From: Asterias rubens
Taxonomy: Eukaryota
Assembly (NCBI RefSeq): GCF_902459465.1
Contig: NC_047072.1
Coordinates: 558,001 to 622,000 of the forward strand
Direction: 5' to 3'
DNA length: 64,000 bases
This document shows positions 47,713 through 58,595 of the stretch, piece after piece (the stretch's first letter is position 1; the number at the start of each line of letters is the position of its first letter). The translations under genes were made by a program, and so were the position numbers. The notes under the pieces were generated by a model. The model searched no databases and was not told the origin of the DNA. It saw nothing but the letters and a program-made list of their open reading frames with translations.

Positions 47713-50700
47713 ATGCCGAAAAGAAAGGTAACAATGGAGCTACGTGACAAAGAGAGAGAGCTGGAGTTGTTGTCATTTTGTTCAAAGCAAAGGCCAGGAC
47801 AGGAAAGTGGCACTGTGCACTCTTTTGTATAAAATGTTGTTTTGACAGCTGCGATGTTAAACAAAAAACGAGTACATCGCCCCAGTTACTGGGTCCTTCA
47901 TAATCATGGTTTAAACTTCAGCTCAAACAAGTCTCCATTCTGACTCCGAGTCCAACTCGTCAATTCCAAATCGGAGTCGAAGTCTGAATTATTATTTTAA
48001 AAATATTTTGAACTTGTTCGTTGTTTGATTTGAAGTCAAAACATTGCTATTGCTAGCCCATTATTACTTTATTGATATGGGATAAAATCCTCCGATATCC
48101 GTCACTCTTATATGAGTATATAATGGAATACTACCAAAGTATTAAAAATAATATTTTTATTTCATAACAAAGGAAAAATTGGTGGCAAGATACAGCAACA
48201 TTTTCCTTTGGCAGTTCGAACGAAGGAACTAGGACAGTAAAGAACAACACTTTAAAAGGTTTTACTTGTCATCATTTGGGATGAAATAATTTGATAATTG
48301 TTGTTTAAAGTCCTACATTAACATATTTTGTTTTTATTTATATTCTACTTCTAGAAGTTGAGGAAAAGATTGTAATATTACAAAATGTAACCACTTTTTG
48401 TTTCACTAATCTGTGATTGTTTTTAATATTCATTGTTGTTTTTTTCTTCTTTTGAATGTCCTTTTATTTAGAGTGATGGTGGGCCTGAAGCTCAATCTGA
48501 TGTAGGTCCCGATGCTGCCGAGGTGGGGAAATAATTATAGAGCATTTTTGCTGATAACAAAACCTTTTTAAGAGGCTCAAGAGCTTTTAATTTTTCGTAC
48601 TATTCTGTAGATTTGTACATGCTTTGTTTTTATAAATTCAGGGCTTAAAGACTCTGGACACTATTGGTAATTGTCAAAGACCAGTCTTCTCACTTGCCGT
48701 ATCTCAACATATGTATAAAATAACAAACCTGTGAGAGTTTGAGCTTAATTGGTCGTCGAAGTTGCGAGATAATAATGAAAGAAAAAAACACCCTTGTCGC
48801 ATGAAGATGTGTGCAGTCAGATGCTTGATTTAGAGACTTCAAATTCTTAATCTGAGGGCTCGCAATCACATTCGTGGACAATTACTTCTTCCTCGAAACT
48901 ACTCCACTTCAGAGGGAGCCGTTTCTCACAATGTTTTATACTACCAACCTCTCCCCATTACTCGTTACCAAGTAAGGTTTAATGCTAATAATTATTTTGA
49001 GTAAATACCAATAGTATCCACTGCCTTTAAGACTGTACCACAGGGCCCCGAGGCAAGTGATTTCAACACCGGGCCAGTAAGCTCAAGAAATCAACAAGTC
49101 CGACTGTCTTATGTTTTTTTTTTAAAATGCTGACTTTCAGTCTGATAAAAACATTCCGAGTCTTGAGGACTTGCTAAGAATAAAAATTAGATCAATCACT
49201 TCTCTGTCTCATCATCATCATTCGGCATAGACTTGCGTCCGTGGCCGCCTCGTCCTCAGGTTGTAATGGTGGCGCACTCCTGGAGTTGCCGCCATCACCT
49301 GGTGTCTTTCAATCGCTTCTCGTCTCAATTCTTTGACGCTTCTTCCACTCCACTTGTGACGTTTTCTATCCAGCGCAGCTTAGGGCGGCCTCTGCCTCGA
49401 ATTGTGCCTGTAGGCAGACCATCTATAGCTGCGCCGGGTAGGCCTCCCTGTCTCATCACATGAGCGCACCATTTCTCTGTCTGTGCTTGTTCAAATTAAA
49501 CGAGTTCAAATCTTTTCTTGTGACTGGTCTTGTCAAAACGGTTTTTGTTCAGTTAACATTTTTAGCCAAAGGCCACAAGTTGTGTGGACTTTCTCCCCAA
49601 ATTCGAGCCCTGAACTATAAATTATATATATTTACTACATTCTGTTTATTGCAAGTTTTATTCCAAACGTGTATCCTATTTTTTCCAAAATGTGTGTCAA
49701 TTAAATGATACATAATTAGAAGACTATTTTTGCAGATTTTCCTATCCCTAGATTAAAAAAAAAGTGTGTAATATTTATTAATTTTGGTATGTAACATTCT
49801 CTTTTTTTTATTTCTTTTAGAATGGAACAACAAAGAAACCAAAGGTATGTATCTTCTTGTTTGTGATATTTTTTGTCAACTGTATTTGGTTTTAAAGCCC
49901 TTTCCTGAACATTTAAGCTAATATTTAGTTGACTTCACTCACTCATACCCAAGCTTCTTAACATTTGATACAACTTCAGTTGACCAACCTTCTACACGTG
50001 TAAAATAGTAAAACATATATTTTGTGTGTATTAGGCAGAGAAGAAGGACCCTAACGCTGATGCAATTGCAGCTCTTAATGTTCCAGAAAAATACACGACC
50101 GACAGGAAATCGGAGGAGGGAAAGTAAGAAAGATTTATATAATTTCTTGGGTGCGATAGCACTTTGAACTTATTTTGTCAACTACACAACTAGCGAAGAC
50201 ATTTGGGGCACAGAGAATGGCAAATAGTAATACTCCCTATTCCCAGTATTTCATAACAAAGAAAGAAATAAATGTTTTTGTTAACAATGAAACTGAACTG
50301 GATTGAAGCTTTAACTCTCTTGAAAGGGTTTGTATACTTTTGGAAATAACTCTTAGAAATTAATGTAAATAAAAAATATATGTGTTACGAAGTACAGCGG
50401 CTTTGGACAGTATAACACATTTTGTGAAACGTTTCATTTTGAAGTACGGCAGTTATGGAAAAATGTTTCACTTTTCATCCCCCAATTGTTTTTTTAAAGA
50501 AGCGTTACCGATAACAATTGCGACCAATTTTTCATGGGTTAATTTTATTGTACAGGATTGAATCATCTGAAAGATACAAAAAAAAAAATTGTATAACAGA
50601 CCCTTAAAACAATACCAGGAAATACATTATGTTTGGGTGTTGTTTTTTGTAAAGAGCAAAGCAGTTGCGTTTAATCAATACCAAATTTGTGGCTTTATTT

Positions 50701-53700
50701 TTATATCTTTCAGTGAGTCCAACCTGAAAATTGCTTCATGGAATGTGGCTGGATTAAGAGCTTGGATAAAGGTAGGGATTAGTTCACTTTTATCCCATCA
50801 ATACGAACAAGTTCAAAAGTGTATTTCTGGTTCACATAACAAGCACCCTAGTTTACAAGTTTCCTCAGGCTGGCAAGCTACAGTGTAAGAGTAGGGGTTA
50901 ACCCCAGTGTTTCTGGTTCACATATCAAGCACCTATGTTTACAGGTTTCCTCAGGCTTGCAAGCTACAGTGTAAGGGTAGGGTTTACCCCTGGTGTTTCT
51001 GGTTCACATAGCAAGCACCCTAGTTTACAAGTTTCCTCAGGCTGGCAAGCTACAGTGTAAGAGTAGGGTTACCCCTGGTGTTTCTGGTTCACATAGCAAG
51101 CACCTATGTTTACAGGTTTCCTCAGGCTTGCAAGCTACAGTGAAAGAGTAGGGTTTACCCCTGGTGTTTCTGGTTCACATAGCAAGCACCTATGTTTACA
51201 GGTTTCCTCAGGCTTGCAAGCTACAGTGAAAGAGTAGGGTTTACCCCTGGTGTTTCTGGTTCACATAGCAAGCACCCTTGTTTACAGGTTTCCTCAGGCT
51301 TGCAAGCTACAGCGAAAGAGTAGGGTTTACCCCTGGTGTTTCTGGTTCACATAGCAAGCACCTATGTTTACAGGTTTCCTCAGGCTTGCAAGCTACAGTG
51401 AAAGAGTAGGGTTTACCCCTGGTGTTTCTGGTTCACATAGCAAGCACCTATGTTTACAGGTTTCCTCAGGCTTGCAAGCTACAGTGAAAGAGTAGGGTTT
51501 AACCCTGGTGTTGCTGGTTCACATAGCAAGCACCCTAGTTTACAGGTTTCCTCAGGCTTGCAAGCTACAGTGTAAGAGTAGGGTTTACCCCTGGTGGTTT
51601 CTGGTTCACATAGCAAGCACCTATGTTTACAGGTTTCCTCAGGCTTGCAAGCTACAGTGAAAGAGTAGGGTTTAACCCTGGTGTTTCTGGTTCACATAGC
51701 AAGCACCCTTGTTTACAGGTTTCCTCAGGCTTGCAAGCTACAGCGAAAGAGTAGGGTTTACCCCTGGTGTTTCTGGTTCACATAGCAAGCACCCTTGTTT
51801 ACAGGTTTCCTCAGGCTTGCAAGCTACAGTGAAAGAGTAGGGTTTACCCCTGGTGGTTTCTGGTTCACATAGCAAGCACCCTAGTTTACAAGTTTCCTCA
51901 GGCTTGCAAGCTACAGTGAAAGAGTAGGGGTTAACCCCAGTGTTTCTGGTTCACATAGCAAGCACCCTAGTTTACAGGTTTCCTCAGGTTGCGTGCAACA
52001 GTGGTTCAGTTCACTTTTGAAATCTTTAATATCAATGATCAGTCTTGTAGCTAGTACGGTGGGTGGTGCCGGATGGACATGCCCAGAGCTAAATATTTCG
52101 CCCAGCACTCTGAGCAAATTACACTGTGCCGCCCAGTACAGATTTCCCCCAGAATGCATTTCATCAATGTTGGCCCCCATTATTAAACCTTAATAATTTT
52201 AATAGATGTTTAACTTGCATCGGGGATAAAGAATGATAATTTTGGTTTAACCCTTACACCAATGTGGTATACTCAGTACTTTCCCCGGTCCTGTAAAAGA
52301 AATCACAGGCATATTACTCGGGTGGGATTTGAACCCATGACCCTTGCAATTCTAGAGCAGTCTCTTACCAACTAGACCACCCAGACTAAGAATGCCCGGT
52401 AGCTAGAGGCAGTTCGAAGCCTCTGATTCAAGAGGGTATTTAGTATAACACACAATGGTATAAGGGTAAAACTAAAATATATCATAAAAAAATTGTGTTG
52501 ATCTGCTAGCCCTTGGTGGATTTAGAGCCCACCACTTAAGTTAGTCTAGCTACAATAATGTCACTGATTTTATTTTGCGTTTTACATACAATTTGTTTTT
52601 GTTTACTTATTCAGAAAGATGGAATCTCCTACATCGCTAAGGAAGATCCCGATATCTTTTTTGTGATGGAAACGAAATGTGCCGACGATGCCATCCCTGA
52701 GGTGACTAAAGTAGAAGGGTACCATACATACTGGCATGGTGCTGCCGTTAAGAAAGGCTACTCAGGAACTGGAATGTTTACAAAGAAAGAACCAATAAGC
52801 GTCAAATACGGAATAGGTGAGTGTAAGAGACTGTCAACCAACCGATCAATCGATCAATAAAGCAATTGAACATGTGGCGTGTCATGGCCAAGTGGATAAA
52901 AGCTCCGTATTCAAGCTCTGGTGTCTCTGTACTGCAGAGTGTGTGTTCAAGTCCCAATCGTGAGTCTGACACTTCATGTCCTTAAAGGCACTGGACACCT
53001 TTTATAATTGTCAAAGACCTCAGCTGAGGTCTCAAATTCAGTTCAAATGTTTTAGTTAGAAATATCCTCTTTCTCAAAAACTTACGTTACCTCAGAGGGA
53101 GCAGTTTCTCACAATGTTTTATACTATCCCCAGCTCTCTATTGCTTGTTACCAAGTAAGTTTTTTATGCTAAACATTATTTTGAGTAATTACCAATTACT
53201 GCAAATATTATTACCTGGTGAGGTGCTGTAGTTTTTTGAGAAATTAGTAAAACAATGTCATGAAAACAAATTTCGTTTCAGTGATCATGAGACGCAAATT
53301 ATTTTAGCATGAACAATTTTTTTGTTCAAAACCTCAGCAACTAATAATTTAAGGTACGCTTTTTACTATCAATATCTTCAAACGGTGTAAGTTTAATGTA
53401 AATTTGTGGACATTGTGTTTTGTGTTACAAAAAGTTTCCCTTTGGTTTATAACAAAAACTGGTTTATGATAAAAACTTGGACCTTGTAATGTAGTTTTAC
53501 CTAGTTGTATTTGTTAGATGGATTTTGAGATTTATCTGTTGACCCCCCAGGTATTGAAGAACACGACGGTGAAGGTAGGGTCATCACTGCCGAGTTTGAG
53601 GACTTCTATTTTGTCGGCTGCTGTGAGTGACTTTCCATTCCATTCTCATTGCAAAGTTTTTTCTTTTTAAATATTTGTTTCAACATTAACCCTCTTACGT

Positions 53701-56438
53701 GGTCAAAATGAAGAACTTCCTATCACAAGGTTGTGGGTTTGAATCCTACCAAGCAAACCGTCGATTTCCCAATGGCTAGAATAAGTATTGTCGTCTAGTT
53801 ACCGAATCACAATTTCTTTATTTTGTGCAATTCATAGTCAAAAGCCATAGGCGTTAACCCAATGAGAGAGATTGGTTGTTGCCAGCCTGGTGTTATATCC
53901 CCTTGCGGGAGTTTGCAGAGTTTGCAAAATGTTTCCTTTCATTCCAATAGACCAATCCATTAAGCTCCGCCCCATTGCGTATTGACCATTCACAACCCAT
54001 TGCACAACCAAAAGTCCGACACTATAAAGTCCGACATGCGTGCGCGTATGCTTGGCGCGCGAGGTAGAGTTGTGCAGAGTGGCATTGGAGAGGCTCACGT
54101 GTTCTTGCTCACACGTGCCCTGTGGGCGGAGCCTAATGGATCGGTGTATTCAATTAACAATAATCACCGTTTGATTAAAAGTTAATTTGGTTTTGGTTTG
54201 CAGATGTGCCCAACTCCAGTCGGGGACTAGTGAGGTAAGACCATCAGGATCTCTTACCTTTCTTTGCTTTTAACTCTTTTAATTCGTGAATTCAACAGTT
54301 TTTGTGATACATTTTTCACTGAAAGTTTCACTGTGAAAAAAAAATTTTCCAAGAAAATATACGACCGACAGGAAATCAGAGGAGGGAAAGTAAGAAAAGT
54401 TATTCTATAATTCAAGAATTTGCAACGCGACAAATTTGTCAAATCAATTTGAATTTTGTTGTGTGACTCGTAGGAACATGTCTCTGTTTTGAGATTTGTG
54501 ATTATAATTTTAAATTCTTAAAATTGTAAAAATGCTTTAAAAAAAAAATGTACTTGTTATAACCGCTTCCAAGGAAATGTTTCTGACCGTAGTCTGGCTT
54601 CACACCTTCTCTCCACACTGCATTAGGTTACCATACAGGAAAGAGTGGGATGTAGCTTTCCACGAGTACCTGGTGAATCTTGATAAGAAGAAGCCATTAA
54701 TTTTTTGTGGAGACCTCAATGTTGCCCACCAGGAGATCGGTAAGTGAGTAATGAGTAACTATAATGAGTAACTATGTTTAAATGGCTCCTAGGAATAGCA
54801 CCGGGCTACTTATCATCTTGCCTTGCTCTCTACCAACCGCCACGCTCAAGCTTGCGATCAGCTTCTAACAACACACGCCTAACCGAACACTCAACCATCA
54901 GCACACTCTCATCTGCTCACAACTGGACTTTCTCCTTTGTTGCTTTGCGGATATGGAACAACCTCCCAGTATGCATCAGAAGTTTTTTTTTTTTTTGACA
55001 TTGTTAAGTCGCTTTACAAATAAGGGAATAAAAGGGTAGGGACGAGTTCTTTAACGGTCGTTTCAAACAGGTAGGGTTGTTGCCGTGTGGATGGCAACGA
55101 CCCTGCAAGGTTTTAAATGGCCGTTTAAGAATGAGTCACTACTCTTTTATTCCCATTCATTAATGCCTTTTTGGTTAATTATTTTGAGTAATTATCAATA
55201 GTGTCCACTGCCTTTGAGAGTGATAACCAATTGTCTACCTTACCTTCAAAGATTTAAAGAATCCTAAACCAAACCGCAACAAGACGCCAGGCTTCACCGA
55301 TGACGAGCGAGAAGGTTTCACAAAACTTCTTGATGAAGGCTTCGTGGACTGCCTCAGGCATCTATATCCCGACAGGGAATTTGCCTACTCCTTCTGGACC
55401 TACATGGGAAACTGCCGAGTCAAGAATGTTGGATGGTAAGACGATTAACAGGGATGAGAAATTTCAGACTTTTATCTGAGTTCAGACTGTGGTATTTTTT
55501 TCCAAATTAAAAGTCAGGCTCTTTGATCTACTTCTCTAGAGTTGAGGATACTGTTCTCAAAACCTCCTTGGAATTTATAACGCAAGGTGTTAACCAAAAA
55601 GTAGAAATGCCATCATTTCAATGTGCCTCCTAAGATCTGAATCCCAGTTTTAGACTTTATTGTCAGTCCTGCCATGCTGACTCTCACCCCTGGTTTAATC
55701 CATTATTCATAAATACCTCAGACAGTTTCGCTTTTCCTATTGGTGGACAGCGCGTCACGTGGGTGTGTATAAACCTTTGTTTATGACCAGTAAAAAGTGT
55801 TGAAACATGGGCGTGACACGCAAGCTTGCACCTGTTCTTATAAGACAGTTTCTTCATTCCTATTTGTTGAGAGCAACGGCTGAAACAGTTGTGCCACATC
55901 ACGCGATACGCGCACAGCATTCCCTTATAAGGAGTTGTTTACTCGAGGGCGGCGGAGGGCTTTACTATTTCATAGCTGGAGGGGTGTTGTGTTGAAAGAA
56001 ATCATTGAACATTTATAATTTTTGCATTTATTTTACTTTTTGACCAAAAAGTGTTGATGTTTTTGACTGAAAAAGGTATTTTTGAATGGGAATCAAAGTG
56101 TGTTGAATCGGTTTTCAACTAGTGGTTTAAACCCGCCAAGGCCTGGTTCTTGATAATTTACCTCGACTTCGTCTCGGTAAAATTATCAAGAACCAGGCCT
56201 CGTTTGGATTAAAACCACGTTGAAAACCTCTTCACCACACATTGATTCCCTTATTTTTCAACCTCCTAGAAGAGTTCCAGACACTTTTACTGACAGCCTT
56301 GTGTCTTTATTTGATTTCAGGCGTCTGGACTACTTTGTGATCTCAAAGCGTCTCCTACCGAAGCTATGCGACTCAGATTTAAGAACTTGGGTACCTGGTA
56401 GTGACCACTGCCCTATCACACTGGACATGGCTATGTGA
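47713..56438 (+). CDS. APEX1: AP endonuclease 1 (ExoIII family), complete, 11 coding exons, 318 aa
   Basis: Exons 47713-47727, 48472-48522, 49821-49844, 50035-50123, 50714-50771, 52615-52816, 53551-53622, 54204-54234, 54627-54739, 55252-55435, 56321-56438; 957 nt in frame. Motifs: [86 protein letters not shown]. The three short N-terminal exons are less certain. Confidence 0.92.
49210..49505 (-). mobile_element. 3' end of an RTE-like non-LTR retrotransposon in APEX1 intron 2
   Basis: Reverse complement encodes [39 protein letters not shown], followed by a (GAT)n tail. Confidence 0.7.
50822..51990. repeat. 86-bp minisatellite, about 13.5 units, in APEX1 intron 5
   Basis: 'ctggttcaca' recurs at 50827, 50913, 50999, 51084, 51170, 51256, 51342, 51428, 51514, 51601, 51687, 51773, 51860 and 51946. 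Confidence 0.95.
54774..55020 (+). mobile_element. 3' end of an L2/CR1-group LINE in APEX1 intron 9
   Basis: [27 protein letters not shown]...[13 protein letters not shown], the typical post-RT tail. Confidence 0.75.
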
Positions 56439-57589
56439 TGGAGAATGCTGTAGATGTCGAAATAACGGCCTGGGGTACTATCCACCTGCGCAAACAGATA
56501 GCTACCTTTACGCACAATAGGTTGTTATCGTTGGAACAACTGGTTGCCCAATTTGTGAGGTCAGCAGGGCGGCGTTCTGTAATGAAGGTGGCGACACCGT
56601 ACGTATTCTTTTGTAACGTTGTTTCTTGCTGTATTGAAGATGTTTTATTTTGAAGCCCTCTTTTGACATCATGACATCATCTTATTAGTTTGTTATTTCA
56701 ACTCCATGTGACTGCGTTTACCAACCATGAAACACAAATTATCTTCACATCAAGAAAATAATAATGTCCACTTACCATTCGTTTATCTTGTTGTCCGCCA
56801 ATTCAAAACCACCAACCAACACCTCAGAGGTATTTTCACCTATGGTTGCTAACATTCGCCAGCAACTCGTTCCATTCTTAAATGGTTGGCAAACAATGTC
56901 AACGTTGCAAGTGGAATGCACCCCTGGTATGTAACAGATGCTAAGGGTATTACCCAGTATCTGAACAAATTCTGTTTGACAAATTTCTTTAAGAACAGGG
57001 TTCACCATGTTTTTTTCGACTGCCACAGATGTGACTTTTATATATACATTGTTGGGGGAAATTATCTGTATGAACACAGACAAAGCTATTTTATCTATCA
57101 CAAAATAAAACCAAAGAATTAAATCATGAACATTCAGAGAATAAAATTGGAATGGTGAATTTTAATTACTATATTATAAGTTTAGAAATAAGTTACTTTG
57201 AACAACTTACCAGAGAGTCGAATACCATGGTAACATGAAACAAGAAAACAAAATTCTTTCCCCCGCTTGCCCCCCCCCCCTCCCAATGGCCATTTGATAC
57301 CTAAGAAAAAAATTACTTCTTTCTCGAAAACTGGCACTTCAGTGGGAGCCGTTTCTCACAATGTTTTATACCATCAACCTCTCCCCATTACTCGTCACCA
57401 AGAAAGGTATTATGCTAATAATTATTTTGAGTAATTACCAATAGTGTCCACTGCCTTTAAATATGTGTTCGTCAGAATTTAACATTCATTGCCAAACAAT
57501 AAAACTGTTTCTAAAAAAAAAAATGAGTCATCTATCTTGTTAGTGTTTTTATAAAAATATATAAGGCCACCTATAATTGTTACATTCTT

Positions 57590-58440
57590 TAAAGGCAAAA
57601 CACATTTACTTAAACCATCTCAGCTCCTGAGTAATATGCAGCATCGGCAAACGCACAGCACACACGTATGTATTCAATCACAGAACAAAAGTCTAGTTTG
57701 TTTCTTTAAGCGTGATTTTTCAGTTTTGAAAGAATGAAAGCAAAACACATTCCTGAAACCATCTCAACTCCTGAGTAATATGCAGCAGCGGTACACGCAC
57801 AGCACACATGTATATAATCAAATACAGAACAACAGTCTAGTTTACTCCTTTAAGAGCGATATTTCAGTTTTAAAGGAAAGAAAGCAAAAATGTCCGTTCA
57901 TAATCTTGCTGGAAACGACTGCTTGGTGTTTGTCTCTGTTTACTCTTTACGGTAATGCACACGCACAGCACACCCATAGATTTTCTACCACAGAACAACA
58001 GTCTAGTTTTCTCCTTTAAGCGCCATATTTCAGTTTTGACGGAATGAAAACAAAACTGTCCGTTGCTCATCTTGCTGGAAACTGCTGCCTGGTGTTTGTC
58101 TCAGTGTATTTCTGCATTGTACATGTACACACATAGCACACACACACAGATACACCATAGTCGAGTTTACTCCTTTAAGCGCGATATTTTAGTTTTGAAG
58201 GAATGAAAGCAAAGCAATCTATCCAATGGAGTCATCATCTTGTTGCCTGGTGTTTGTCACTGTGTATTTCTGCAATGTACATGTACACACATAGCACACA
58301 CGTAGATACACCATAGTCGAGTTTACTCCTTTAAGCGCAAAATTTTAGTTTTGTAGGAATGAAACCAAAGCTTCTATCAAATGGTGTCATCATCTTGCTG
58401 GAAACTGCTGCTTAGTGTTTGTCTCAATGTATTTCTGTAT
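57590..58440 (-). repeat. 146-168-bp tandem array covering the tetraspanin stop codon and 3' UTR
   Basis: 'atcttgctggaaac' or a variant recurs at 57903, 58069, 58237 and 58392; two further UTR-only units lie at 57597-57900. Confidence 0.85.
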
Positions 58441-58534
58441 TGTTCTGATGTCTCTGATCATCCAATGAGAAAGTAGTAAGGAGAACATCTGCAAGGAATG
58501 AGGAGAATATAGACGGATTTGATTCAGTCAACTC

Positions 58535-58595
<61 letters not shown>

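Noticed and set aside
47380-47832. 150-aa ORF upstream of and overlapping the APEX1 start
   Set aside because: It starts at GTG, has no recognisable motif and reads through the donor at 47728. Only MPKRK is considered coding.
50822-51990. Regularly spaced repeats resembling a CRISPR array (also 45800-46207 and 41403-41880)
   Set aside because: The units are head-to-tail without unique spacers, there are no cas genes and the context is eukaryotic.
56820-56960. Minus-strand frame reading HTRG...PTI*EWNEL, like a CR1 3' end, in the APEX1 3' region
   Set aside because: Multiple stops and too short to call by eye; left unannotated pending a Dfam search.
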